Below, in pieces: positions 1-9,884 of a stretch of 45,234 bases of DNA. The stretch covers positions 1-45,234 of the forward strand of contig CALHAO010000227.1 of the NCBI GenBank assembly GCA_937931765.1. Direction: 5' to 3'. The notes below the pieces were generated by a model. The model did no database searches. It saw only the letters and a program-made list of their open reading frames with translations, and was not told the DNA's origin. The number at the start of each line of letters is the position of its first letter. Position 1 is the first letter of the stretch. The position numbers and the translations under genes are program-made. Source of the DNA: an uncultured Thiotrichaceae bacterium. GTDB lineage: Bacteria > Pseudomonadota > Gammaproteobacteria > Thiotrichales > Thiotrichaceae.

Positions 1-579
1 CGGCAACGCAATATGCTGGCCACGCTGTTTTTATCGCAGGGCACACCGATGTTATTGGCGGGTGATGAGATCGCTAACTCGCAGCAGGGTAATAATAATG
101 CGTATTGTCAGGATAGCCCGATTGGCTGGTTAGACTGGGAGAGTATGGATGTAGACTTATCGGCATTTGTCGGTGAATTAAGCCGCTTCAGAAAGGCGCA
201 TCCTTGTCTGAGTCAACCCCGTTTCTTGCATGGCAAGCTACGTGAATCAGGTGATCCGGATGTTAAATGGACTGATTTTGAGCAGAATGAAGTGAACTGG
301 GATGACCCTGATGTATCGCGGTTTTGCCTGACGGTGCGTGGTTCGGCTGAGGTATCTGCGTCGGCTGATGATGCTGAGGTGGTGGTGCTGATTTTTAACC
401 GCGATGAGGAGGGGGTGGGCGTTGTGTTGCCTGTTGCACCGGAGGGATTTGGCTGGGTGTGCGGGCTTAGTACGGCGTCTTGTGATAGTGAAGCCGGGGT
501 GTCTGCTTCGGGTGATGTTTTTTGGGTTGGGGGGGCGTCTGTGGTGGCGTTGGTGCCTGTTTGTGCTCAGGATGGATAA
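1..579 (+). CDS. glgX: Glycogen debranching enzyme, C-terminal part (5' end outside window)
   Basis: LSQGTPMLLAGDE..NSQQGNNNAYCQD..WLDW is the conserved GlgX/isoamylase C-terminal signature; the frame is open from the window start. Confidence 0.9.
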   Translation, partial: RQRNMLATLFLSQGTPMLLAGDEIANSQQGNNNAYCQDSPIGWLDWESMDVDLSAFVGELSRFRKAHPCLSQPRFLHGKLRESGDPDVKWTDFEQNEVNWDDPDVSRFCLTVRGSAEVSASADDAEVVVLIFNRDEEGVGVVLPVAPEGFGWVCGLSTASCDSEAGVSASGDVFWVGGASVVALVPVCAQDG

Positions 580-807
580 GTTAACTAACTTGATAATTCC
601 TTTGGTCAAAGAGCAGCTTTTGTTCCCGAAAAGTGGTGTCTGTGATGGTTTCTTTATGTCAGCGATGATTTTATGGAAGCACGGCCATCACAGGGGCAAT
701 CGGATAGGGAGTGTTTTTAGTGCTACATCTGTGTTGATCTTTCAGAATATTGCGCGTCCTTATTGATTGGTGATCACTGCAAAAAAAAATCTTAGTGGCA
801 TGAATTT

Positions 808-1017
808 CTAAAAATTCTCGCGTCGGATGAATTTTTTAGGCAGTTGAATTTTAACTCCTTCCAGTCCAAGCAAGTAATCTTGTGCCAGAGGGCTATCTGA
901 ACATTCCTGTAATTGACTTGATACGCGAACCAGGAAATCAGGTGTGACAGTAATCAACCCACGGTCATAAGCCTTATCATGCAAGGCTGAGAAGCAGAGC
1001 CCGTTGCTTGGGTCCAT
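808..1017 (-). pseudogene. HNH endonuclease C-terminal fragment
   Basis: DPSNGLCFSALHDKAYDRGLITV matches the NGLxLxxxHxxxFDxG HNH_2 tail; the N-terminus is missing where the IS200 remnant begins. Confidence 0.65.
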
Positions 1018-1022
1018 AATAG

Positions 1023-1332
1023 TTATCAGCTCCACCAACGTTAGCGCCCAGTGAAATCATGCGCAGCATAAAAGGTCGTAGTTCGAATAAGCTATTCGAG
1101 AGCTTTCCTGACTTAAAAAAGCGCTATTGGGGCAGGCATTTTGGGGCACGTGGTTATTTTTGTGTGACCTCAGGTGATCTCACGGAGGAGATGATCAAAA
1201 ATTACTTGGAACACCACTTTGAGCCTAACAGTAATGATAACTTTAGAACGGAGGATTAGACGGGTGTTGTCACCCGCATCCAGACTTTAGTCCATTATTC
1301 TAACCTACCTGCTTTAGCTGGTAGTTGTTGAG
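1023..1332 (+). mobile_element. tnpA: IS200/IS605-family tnpA 3' remnant with right-end hairpin
   Basis: LSAPPTLAPSEIMRSIKGRSS..YWGRHFGARGYFCVTSG..IKNYLEHH is the Y1 transposase C-terminal half (stop at 1259); imperfect hairpin aacctacctgctttagctggtagtt at about 1302-1326. Confidence 0.85.
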
Positions 1333-1447
1333 TTCTGCGGGCAACAGCAGCAGGCTTTATCGATTTTTTTTCTGATTTTTGCATAGCCCTGGTAAACGGA
1401 TTGCGCAATGTCCCCGGAAGCAAGCAGCATCAATAATTTATAGCTAA

Positions 1448-2127
1448 TTAGCATCCGTATCCGGCCCGGCTGCAAAGCACTTCGTAAATATCCAGCGTCT
1501 GTTTATCCAACTCAAGCGTTGGTATCGGTTTTTTTAGTTGCTGCGCAGGAAACGAGGTATCAGGTTTTGCCTGTGAAAATGTGTCAAACCGTTGCAGGTG
1601 TTCAGGGCTGAACAGCTGGTCATAATGCACAAACAACCAGTCTCCGGTCAGGCATTGTTTTTCTAAAATATGCGAATAGATACACTGCTATAGCTTTTGA
1701 GCGTAATGCTTATCAAGCCCTAAAAAGTCCAGATAGCTACGTTGACTGGCATAGCGGACGATGCTGCTGATGGTTGAGGCCGGATGCCTGAAAACACAGA
1801 TGAATTTTGTATTTTTTAAATAGGGTTTCCAAAGATCCAGGCTTGGCTGCTTTTTCAGCTCAAGTATTCCCAGCCAACTTTGCTCATCAGGTGCATTTTT
1901 TTCATGGGTGTTGGTAGAGTTGCTGACAGTGCTTGAAAAAGTGAATCGATGATGGGTGATAAGATCGCTTCGTTGATCTGGTGGACTGCAAGCGACTCAA
2001 AATATCCTTTGGGGTTGTGTTGATCCGGATGCCACGAATCATCTGTCCAATAGCCAGCTGTAGAAAGGGTGCCTGCGACCATGCTGGTACCACTGCGCCC
2101 ACAGCCCAGAACAATTAAATTGCGCAT
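1448..2127 (-). pseudogene. Sulfotransferase-family pseudogene
   Basis: LIVLGCGRSGTSMVAG (PAPS loop) and NPKGYFE. After a frameshift near 1905 it continues as LDLWKPYLKNTKFICVFRHP..QKL*QCIY..FVHYDQLF, with an in-frame TAG near 1690. Confidence 0.75.
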
Positions 2128-2226
2128 ATTTTCAAAACACCCGGTAGTCAATGTGGTAGTGGTGCAGCACTTAATACGATTGTGTATTTGCCATGCGCAA
2201 TCATAGTCCAGGAGATGACAGGCTAA

Positions 2227-2242
2227 TGTTAAGTTTTGTCAA
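2227..2242 (+). promoter_or_regulatory. Direct-repeat box TGTTAA-gttt-TGTCAA
   Basis: Lies between the divergent sulfotransferase pseudogene and methyltransferase; matches the window-wide motif. Confidence 0.6.
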
Positions 2243-2380
2243 TTCAGGTAGCAGTGTTGGCAAGCCGTCTTATATGATTAATCATCCGTTAAAAAGTTAT
2301 ATGGCAATGAAGCCCGGATTCTGTGGGTGTGCTTATCCGTCCTGTATGAACCCCGGAGTATTTGGACGGCCTGTGGGTGA

Positions 2381-3214
2381 ATGGTTTTGGCAGAACAAAT
2401 ACACGCGAAACACATCAGATGCATACTGGAAAACTGGTCTGCTATTTCGGCGGCGGTAATTCCCCCCCCCGATGATATTGCTTTTTATCAGCAAGCACTA
2501 TTGGCTGCCAATCTGCCTTCAGGTGCGACAGTTTTATTGTTGGATTCGACGTCTGAGCTGCGGGACATGGTGTTACGACAAGGTTTGAGGTTGATCAGGT
2601 GCAATATGGACGCCGTGTTCTGGGAAGCGATGCCCGGACTGATAGTGCCGGAAGGTGATGAGACATTTCTTAATCCCGATTGGTTGGAGGTGGCAGAAGG
2701 TCAGCGCTACGATCTTCTGCTGGGAGGCAGTTCTCTTGACATGTTGACGTGGGAAGATGTTCAAACTTTGATCAGTAAGACGCATCGCTTGTTAAAGAGT
2801 GGTGGTCGCGTTGTGTTGCGTGCAAAAACCGCGAATAAACAGTTAACGCTAAACTCCCTCCGACAGGCAATTGAAAATTATCCAACCGTAAGGTGTGATC
2901 ATTCATTCCTGACTTATCTGCACGATCTTATTGAGTCGTTGCGCAATACCTATTTCCCTGTAGTAACCCGGCGTGAGTTTTATGAGTCGGTTGTCTCGGA
3001 ACATTTGACGATAGAGGAAATGACGGAGGTGCGTTCATTGCTGCGCGACAGAAAGCATTGTTATCCGACACGCACTGTATTCATTGATTTGCTGCAGCAG
3101 CATTTCGAGATTTTGCTGTGCCAGCCCAGCGCTGCCAGTTGCTGGGGAACGGCGCATCTTTATATGTTGAAAAAGAAGAGCTTGGAAGAGAGTCAATTGA
3201 AGGTTGCATATTAA
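2381..3214 (+). CDS. Class I SAM-dependent methyltransferase-like protein
   Basis: VLLLDSTSELRD (degenerate motif I), RYDLLLG, RLLKSGGRVVL. Confidence 0.55.
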   Translation: MVLAEQIHAKHIRCILENWSAISAAVIPPPDDIAFYQQALLAANLPSGATVLLLDSTSELRDMVLRQGLRLIRCNMDAVFWEAMPGLIVPEGDETFLNPDWLEVAEGQRYDLLLGGSSLDMLTWEDVQTLISKTHRLLKSGGRVVLRAKTANKQLTLNSLRQAIENYPTVRCDHSFLTYLHDLIESLRNTYFPVVTRREFYESVVSEHLTIEEMTEVRSLLRDRKHCYPTRTVFIDLLQQHFEILLCQPSAASCWGTAHLYMLKKKSLEESQLKVAY

Positions 3215-3269
3215 GTCATTCATGGATGGTTACAGGCAATGATTTTTTTGCGGACTTTTTTCGCTAATG

Positions 3270-3950
3270 CTATAACTTGCCTGCTATTCTCATCATTCGC
3301 AGCGCAGCACAAGCCGCACCAAAGCCATTATCAATATTCACCACAGTCAATCCCTGCGTACAGCTCACCAGCATCGCCGATAACGCTGTCTTACCCTGAT
3401 CAGCTGCGCCATAACCGGTAGACGTTGGCACACCAATAATGGCCGATGGTACCAACCCGCCCAGCACAGTCGGCAAGGCAGCATCCATCCCCGCCACCGC
3501 AATGACTATCGGGTATTGCGCGATTTCGTCGATCCGTTCCAGCAACCGCCAGATACCAGCCACCCCAACATCACTAATCACGGTACATGGCTGGCCATAA
3601 TAGCGCAGGGTTTCAGCGGCTTCAGCGACAATGGGGGCATCAGAGGAACCCGCCGATACAATGGCGATATTGGGTGGTGTATGTGTTTGTAGCGGGGAAC
3701 CTGCAATAGCGGTACGGGCTTCAGCGTTATAGTCCAGTTGTTCCTGTAATTCCGGGGCCAGGCGACTAAATTTTTCCGGATCTAGCCGGGTAAACAAGCG
3801 GTTTTTCCCAGCTTCAGCGTTCATGTGAATAATGGCAGCGATTTGTTCAGGTGTTTTTTGAGCGCAGAGGACGGCTTCATCAAAGCCAATGCGTTGCTCG
3901 CGTTCGTAGTCAAGGATAATGGCGTGAGAAATAGCAGGCGATTTGCTCAT
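3270..3950 (-). CDS. larB: Nickel-pincer cofactor biosynthesis carboxylase/hydrolase LarB
   Basis: LDYEREQRIGFDEAV, AGSSD, DVGVAG, AGMDAALP, VPTSTGYG, VVNIDNGFGAA. Confidence 0.93.
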   Translation of the reverse strand: MSKSPAISHAIILDYEREQRIGFDEAVLCAQKTPEQIAAIIHMNAEAGKNRLFTRLDPEKFSRLAPELQEQLDYNAEARTAIAGSPLQTHTPPNIAIVSAGSSDAPIVAEAAETLRYYGQPCTVISDVGVAGIWRLLERIDEIAQYPIVIAVAGMDAALPTVLGGLVPSAIIGVPTSTGYGAADQGKTALSAMLVSCTQGLTVVNIDNGFGAACAALRMMRIAGKL

Positions 3951-4771
3951 ATCGTCTCCTCATGTGTTGCTTCATGTGCTGCTACCTTGTCATGTACAAA
4001 AGCACTGCCGCGTGTATAGGGTTCTATTTCCGGCAATAGTTGTGACTCACTTTGTAGTAGTGGGTGAATTTTTGCCTGCAATGCCTGGTATTGCTCTTCG
4101 TCCATCTGTTGCAGTGTCTCTGTATCAATCTGGATCTGGTAGCCTTCAGGTATACGACGACAACGGATCGGTATATCGCCCAGGGCATTACGCAGCGTGG
4201 CCTCAACCCGGTCGATCAGGTGTAATTCCTTAGCGACTATTTTGATGCCGGTGGTAACCCGGCTGGACAGGCAGGGTGCGGCACTCAGTTCTGCAATTTC
4301 ACCCAGGCCCAGTTCACGCGCCGCAACCCGAATATCCGCCTTACTCATCTGCGCTTCCACGTAAGGGTGGCGTACCTGCTGTTCGCGGGCGGCAATCAGG
4401 CCGGGGCGGTAATCATCCAGGTCATCCAGATTGGTGCCAGAAAAAATGGGTAAGTCACTGTTGCGGGCGATCTGGGCGTAGAGGTTGCTTTTGCAGTAAA
4501 AGCAGCGGTTCACCGGATTATTCAGGTAGTCGGGATCAGTAAACTCACCGGCATCAATAATGTGAAGTGGCCAGTTTCGTTCCTGTGCAAATCGGCGAAC
4601 CCGTTCCGTCGCTGCTTCAGGAACAGCAGGTGATAAAGCATGGAACACCTGCGTATCCGGGCAGGTTTCTACCGCGATACAGGCCAGGGTCAGGCTATCA
4701 ATACCGCCGCTGACGGCAATCGCAGCCGCGCCGGTTTGCTGTAAAATATCGCGCAGTGCCTGCTGATTCAT
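3947..4771 (-). CDS. larE: ATP-dependent sulfur transferase LarE
   Basis: PP-loop SGGIDS, NPVNRCFYCK, GTNLDDLDDYRPG, PCLSSR. Confidence 0.92.
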   Translation of the reverse strand: MNQQALRDILQQTGAAAIAVSGGIDSLTLACIAVETCPDTQVFHALSPAVPEAATERVRRFAQERNWPLHIIDAGEFTDPDYLNNPVNRCFYCKSNLYAQIARNSDLPIFSGTNLDDLDDYRPGLIAAREQQVRHPYVEAQMSKADIRVAARELGLGEIAELSAAPCLSSRVTTGIKIVAKELHLIDRVEATLRNALGDIPIRCRRIPEGYQIQIDTETLQQMDEEQYQALQAKIHPLLQSESQLLPEIEPYTRGSAFVHDKVAAHEATHEETI

Positions 4772-5994
4772 GACTTTTGCTCCCTGATATGTTTTTGCAA
4801 TGCGGTGTTTGCCAGTTCATGTGCTTGTGCTGTCCTTGGGGCGTGTTGCTGCTGTAGTTTTGCCAGGTCATCCATATCTACTTTGGCGGTGTAACCGGAC
4901 GGGCGTTGTGCAATTTTGATACGTGTCCCATCGTCAAACTGGACTTCCCGGCGCGGTAAAATACTGCGGGCGCAGCGGTAGTGACGCACACCCAGTGTCG
5001 TGGTTTGCTCATAACAGGCATTGATAATATTTTGCTCCTGAGCGGGTTGACCGAGTATACGAATACTCTGTGCCAGGCGATTTTTTTTGGTGGTCACTGC
5101 GGTTGCCAATACATCCAGCACAGCGGGGAGTTCACGCAGATATTGCAGACCTACTGCAAGGTCTTCCGGGGTCTGGTCATCAACTTCAAACTCGAATACG
5201 CTGATTTCGTCATGCTGTGACTGTGGCAGCAGCGTAAAGAGCATGGCCCGCAAAATGTTGGGAAGGCCGGGTAGGGTGGCAGTACCGAAGCCAACGCCTG
5301 ACCCTGTTAATGTCATACCGGTTACGGGGCCACCAACAGCGGGTTGCAGGTGATTTAGGATGGCAGCACCGGTGGGGGTTACCCGCTCACCGGGGATACC
5401 ATCATCGAACAAAGGTAAACCCCTTAACAGCAATAGAGTCGCCGGAGCGGGCACAGGCAATGTACCGTGCTGGCAGTTAATCCGCCCGGAACCCATTGGA
5501 ATAGTGCTGACTGAGAAACTTGGATTACCCAGCGCCTCAATTAGATAAGCTGCCAGGGTTATGTCTGCAATAGAGTCGAGTGCGCCGACTTCATGAAAAG
5601 CCACATCCTCAACCAGCATGCCGTGTACCTGTGCTTCGGCCTGCGCCAGCCGGGTGAATATATCGATCGCACGCTGTTGCACTGGTTCTGTCAGGGCCGA
5701 GTTCAGCAGTAATTTACGGATGTCGCTAAAATGATGGTGCTGGTGGGTATGGCTATGCGTGTGAGCATGACCGTCCTGTTCCTGAGTGGATTCACTCAGT
5801 TCTGTCACCTGTACACGGGAGCCGGTCAGAATGCCATTATTGTGATCAGAGCGGCTGACGCTGACTTTATGCTCAAGGCCAATGGCCCGCAGGCAGTGCG
5901 GGAGCTGTTGTTCCAGTTCGGGTTGTGCATCCAGTAGGGCAGCGATAAACATATCCCCTGAAAGACCACCAACCGGGTCGAGATGCAAGTGCAT
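4768..5994 (-). CDS. larC: Nickel insertase LarC
   Basis: GLSGDMFIAALLD, His-rich HAHTHSHTHQHHH, FHEVGALDSIAD, HGTLPVPAPAT, ERVTPTGAAI, TTTLGVR. Confidence 0.93.
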   Translation of the reverse strand: MHLHLDPVGGLSGDMFIAALLDAQPELEQQLPHCLRAIGLEHKVSVSRSDHNNGILTGSRVQVTELSESTQEQDGHAHTHSHTHQHHHFSDIRKLLLNSALTEPVQQRAIDIFTRLAQAEAQVHGMLVEDVAFHEVGALDSIADITLAAYLIEALGNPSFSVSTIPMGSGRINCQHGTLPVPAPATLLLLRGLPLFDDGIPGERVTPTGAAILNHLQPAVGGPVTGMTLTGSGVGFGTATLPGLPNILRAMLFTLLPQSQHDEISVFEFEVDDQTPEDLAVGLQYLRELPAVLDVLATAVTTKKNRLAQSIRILGQPAQEQNIINACYEQTTTLGVRHYRCARSILPRREVQFDDGTRIKIAQRPSGYTAKVDMDDLAKLQQQHAPRTAQAHELANTALQKHIREQKS

Positions 5995-7094
5995 TAGTAT
6001 TTGTCCTTATGGGCTATTTGGGGCTGGTCGATGCGTAATTCATCATAGGCATCCTGCCTCTGATGTCGATCCAATGCCGTAGTGGCAAGCATATCACAGG
6101 TAGTACCCCCGCCAAGGCGTGCCATGTGGTGGAAGACCGCGAAGCCTGTGGCAACGGTGGCAATCGTGAAGGCCCAGAGACCATGACTGAGTTGGAAGGG
6201 CTTTTCCGGAATCAATGCCAGTGCCAGGACGTATTGGCAAATAATGCTCAGGTACAGAAAGCCGACGACAAACTGTCGCGAGCGGTTGCGAATGAACCAG
6301 GCACCCACTGGCGCGCCAATTACTACTACCGGCACACATACATACCAGAATTCCCAGGCCGCCGGTGCCATACCGGTAGTTATTCCCTCGCGCCAGAATA
6401 CGGCGACGATGGAATTGGTTGCCATCAGTACGACCGATGTGGGAGTGGCGATCTTCTCGTTGACCCGGAAGGTGAGCACCAAAAAGGCGAAGGTGATAAT
6501 ATCCAGGCCGCTGCCGGTAATGCCACTGACGATTCCGCCAAGAAAGCCGCCAGTAAATAACAGGGCTGCTGAGCGAGCACCAAAATTTGCGATGCGAGAC
6601 TGAGGTTCGTAGGTTCGATTGCAATTAATCCAGTACAGCGCACCGGCAAAGCTGAGCCACACGCTGACAAAGAAAAGCTTTGTGTAGGCAGGCGTCAGCA
6701 GCGGTGAGATGATATCCAGTCCCAGCACTACGCCAAAGGCACCGCCAATTCCTGCCATGCACACAGCGCGCCACTCCACCGGAATCCGCAGGGCGATAAT
6801 CGTAAAGGAGGCAGCGGTCATGCCCACCGCCTGGATCAACAGCGAGAAATCCCGTGCCACCGGCGGCGGGATCTCGAACAGCAGCGTCATTACCGGAAAC
6901 GCGACGGCACCGCCGCCCTCACTGGTGGCACCCGCGATGAAGGAGCCAAAGACCATAGTTACGGACATGAACCAACGATCCGCAAACAGGTGCCAGTGGT
7001 CGCCAGCGACCATTAGGGTCAGCCAGATCGTCCAGACGATAGTGGCCGCAACTGGAATGGGGTAGCGGGCGATGAGAGAGAATTTCTGAAACAT
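5994..7094 (-). CDS. TauE/SafE-family membrane transporter
   Basis: Multi-TM; GSFIAGATSEGGGAVAFP and GITGSGLD..ATPTSVVLMA half-repeats; stop codon overlaps the larC start. Confidence 0.75.
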   Translation of the reverse strand: MFQKFSLIARYPIPVAATIVWTIWLTLMVAGDHWHLFADRWFMSVTMVFGSFIAGATSEGGGAVAFPVMTLLFEIPPPVARDFSLLIQAVGMTAASFTIIALRIPVEWRAVCMAGIGGAFGVVLGLDIISPLLTPAYTKLFFVSVWLSFAGALYWINCNRTYEPQSRIANFGARSAALLFTGGFLGGIVSGITGSGLDIITFAFLVLTFRVNEKIATPTSVVLMATNSIVAVFWREGITTGMAPAAWEFWYVCVPVVVIGAPVGAWFIRNRSRQFVVGFLYLSIICQYVLALALIPEKPFQLSHGLWAFTIATVATGFAVFHHMARLGGGTTCDMLATTALDRHQRQDAYDELRIDQPQIAHKDKY

Positions 7095-7100
7095 TGACGG

Positions 7101-7874
7101 CTATAGCCCAAATGCCATAGATCGGAGCACGAGTTCCGGAATGAACACACTCTCAGGTTGCAATAGCATGAAGGCGGTGGCATCGGCCACCTCCTCCGGG
7201 GTCAGCATCGCACTGCGCCCGGTGCTGTCTGCAACACCGTCCCAGATGGGAGTGTCGACGGCACCGAGATACAAGCCGAAGACCCGAATGCCATTGCCGC
7301 GTTGCTCCTCTGTGACGCTCTCGGCGATGGCGTGCATACCATGTTTGCTCGCGCAATATGGCCCCCAGTTCGGGTAGCTCGTCTTCGCCACGATTGAGTT
7401 GATGTTCAGGATTGTGCCGTGTTGGCGCGCAATCATACCCGGCAGCGTCCGGGCGGTGAGAATGGCCGGGCTGGTAAGGTTAAGATCGATAGTTCGGCGA
7501 ATGTCCTCAGTCGTGGACTCGTGCAAAGGGCAGATGCGCCCCGTGATCCCGGCGTTGTTTATCAGCACATCGATATGTCCGCAGGCTTTTTCAATAGCGG
7601 GGATCAGCGTGTCGCAGCTCGCCGGATCGCTCAGGTCGGCCACTTCTATTCGTGCGGGCGGGGCATGTGGTGCTTGCACACCGATTTCATCCACGAGCGT
7701 TTGCAGCAGGCGCTCGCTACGGGCAACGAGCACTAAAGCGCAGCCTTCTTGGGCGAGGCGCAGGGCGATGGCACGACCAATGCCCTTGCTCGCTCCGGTA
7801 ACTACGACGACACGCCCCTTCAGGTTGGTAATTGGTTGAGCAGCGTTCGCTGTCGGTTTAGCAACATTCGACAT
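7101..7874 (-). CDS. Short-chain dehydrogenase/reductase
   Basis: TGASKGIG, NNAG, YCASK. Confidence 0.92.
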   Translation of the reverse strand: MSNVAKPTANAAQPITNLKGRVVVVTGASKGIGRAIALRLAQEGCALVLVARSERLLQTLVDEIGVQAPHAPPARIEVADLSDPASCDTLIPAIEKACGHIDVLINNAGITGRICPLHESTTEDIRRTIDLNLTSPAILTARTLPGMIARQHGTILNINSIVAKTSYPNWGPYCASKHGMHAIAESVTEEQRGNGIRVFGLYLGAVDTPIWDGVADSTGRSAMLTPEEVADATAFMLLQPESVFIPELVLRSMAFGL

Positions 7875-7980
7875 GGTATTGATCTCCGGTATAGAGGGCC
7901 AGTGCTAAACACTGACCCTTAACAGCGTGAGGTAACAGAAACAGGCCGTAGTACCCCACTTAATCAATCAACGCAGCGCG

Positions 7981-8439
7981 TCAATCATCAAGTGGGGTAC
8001 TGCGGTCATGCACCAGGGCACGATAGACCAGCAACCAGCCTTCGGCAGTCCGTTGCCAGCGGTCGTTATAGACACCGGTCATTTTGACTCGCGGTTGCGG
8101 TTCATCGGCAGGTTGTACCGTTGACAACAGCATGGTGGAGGTCTCAGCGCTCTCGTCCGTGAGGGCATGAAAGAGTGTTCCGCTCTGATGGTGGCGTGAG
8201 CGCTGGCCCGGCTTCAGACTACGGCACCAGTCGCCGACCCAGGCCCGGATGCCCGCCCGGTCAACCAGGCGAAGCTCGGGTTCCACAGCACCTGTGGCAT
8301 AAACCTCGAACACGCCATCCTCACTGAAGATTGCCGCGAAGGCATCTACGTCGCCGCCATCTAAGGTATGAGAATAGCGGGCGATTTGCTCCAGGATTTC
8401 GAGCCTCGACTCCAGGCTCATGCTTTGCGCGCCTTCCAC
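7981..8439 (-). CDS. NTF2/SnoaL-like protein
   Basis: ARYSHTLDGGD..FSEDG..RHH..GVYNDRWQRTAEGW; the true start is probably MSLE at 8421. Confidence 0.8.
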   Translation of the reverse strand: MEGAQSMSLESRLEILEQIARYSHTLDGGDVDAFAAIFSEDGVFEVYATGAVEPELRLVDRAGIRAWVGDWCRSLKPGQRSRHHQSGTLFHALTDESAETSTMLLSTVQPADEPQPRVKMTGVYNDRWQRTAEGWLLVYRALVHDRSTPLDD

Positions 8440-9884
8440 GCATTCACGGCATCTTCTACCACAGTGCCAACGAAAAAGTCCGGGTTCATCGCGGTGTGCA
8501 GATCAACGGTGTTGCCGAAGACAAATTCTTCGAACTCTGTTGAGCTGAGCATCTCGTGTTCCACGAGTTCGTGAGCTTCTTCCAGTACCCGGTTCATATG
8601 CACTACGTCAAAGTGACCGAAATCTGAGCTGAACAAAGCCTTCAGGCGATGGTTGTCGTGCTTGTCGAAGGCCCAAACAGTACTGAGGTCATCGGATTCG
8701 CAGCCGAAAAATAGTTGATTCGAGAATTGGGAACGTAACTCATCTTCAGACTTAATAGGGTTAGCCACAAAGTCATCAAGGTTGCCCTGATCAATATCAC
8801 GTTGAGCGGCTTCTGCTGGTGATAAGAAAGGCGCGGCCATGCTGGTACAGCTAAGCAGCTCTTCGAGCTTATCTTCGTAGCGCTTACCACCATACTGCTT
8901 CATCAGCTCAGCCAGCTTCTCCATGTCGAGATTCGTCGGCAGGGTATTCTGCATCAGTGCCTCAGGTGTCCGCTTTTCCCAATGCTCAATCAGATCAATA
9001 AGCAAAGTACAAGCCCAGCCAACACCACCCTCAAGCATCGCAAACTTCAGTGTTGGGAAGCGGTGCAGCACACCACTTAAGACCAGTCCTTTAGTGAAAG
9101 CGTGGGATGCGGCGGCGAAATGGCCGACGTGATTGTAGATGAAATTGCCCGAGCGCCGGTCGCTCCAGCCAATACTGTCGGCATGGGTGGTGACCGCAAT
9201 ACGATGTTCAACAAACTTGGCCCATAGCGGGTCGTAGTCGTACTCGCTCTCCAGCAACAGATTGTCGATGTAGTGCTCGGCACGGGCCGGGTCAACGCCT
9301 GCTTCCACATGGGCGGGGATAGGGCGGCGTATGTGGTTGTTGATCATAGCAACCTTGAAACCAAGCTCGCCTACGGCGTAGTCGAGTTCGGCGATTGCCT
9401 CATCCGGTGTGACAAGTGGGATTACTGCTGCTGGTGTCAGCCGCGTTTTATAAGCATCGAAAGCATCACGGTTCAGATTATTTAATGCCCGACAGGCTGC
9501 CTGACGTATTTCGGCGTCAGGGTGGGCGATAAAGTCGAAGCCGAGGGTTGAGTAAATAATGCTGAAGTCAACACCAAATTCGTCCAGACGATGGTGCAGC
9601 AGCCCCGGAATCATGGAAGTGGCGCGATCCATTGTGTGAGTGGTTTCACCCCACCACCAGGGCCGGGGCATCCGGCGTGCGAGCCGCTCTTCCGGACTCA
9701 GGTCATACCAGATATTCTGTTTTGCATCACGAATTACCTGATCACGCATGTCGGTGCCACCGACTTCGCGGAGATAATCGAGGAATAACGGGATCGGTTC
9801 AATCCAATGGCCGTCGGCATCGACCACCGGATGCCCGAGGTTGGCCCGGATGTCTGCTGATTTGGAAGTGGTTGAGTCATTCAT
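8418..9884 (-). CDS. Amidohydrolase family 2 (metal-dependent hydrolase/decarboxylase)
   Basis: VVDADGHWIE, RFPTLKFAMLEGGVGW, LFSSDFGHFD. Confidence 0.82.
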   Translation of the reverse strand: MNDSTTSKSADIRANLGHPVVDADGHWIEPIPLFLDYLREVGGTDMRDQVIRDAKQNIWYDLSPEERLARRMPRPWWWGETTHTMDRATSMIPGLLHHRLDEFGVDFSIIYSTLGFDFIAHPDAEIRQAACRALNNLNRDAFDAYKTRLTPAAVIPLVTPDEAIAELDYAVGELGFKVAMINNHIRRPIPAHVEAGVDPARAEHYIDNLLLESEYDYDPLWAKFVEHRIAVTTHADSIGWSDRRSGNFIYNHVGHFAAASHAFTKGLVLSGVLHRFPTLKFAMLEGGVGWACTLLIDLIEHWEKRTPEALMQNTLPTNLDMEKLAELMKQYGGKRYEDKLEELLSCTSMAAPFLSPAEAAQRDIDQGNLDDFVANPIKSEDELRSQFSNQLFFGCESDDLSTVWAFDKHDNHRLKALFSSDFGHFDVVHMNRVLEEAHELVEHEMLSSTEFEEFVFGNTVDLHTAMNPDFFVGTVVEDAVNAWKARKA

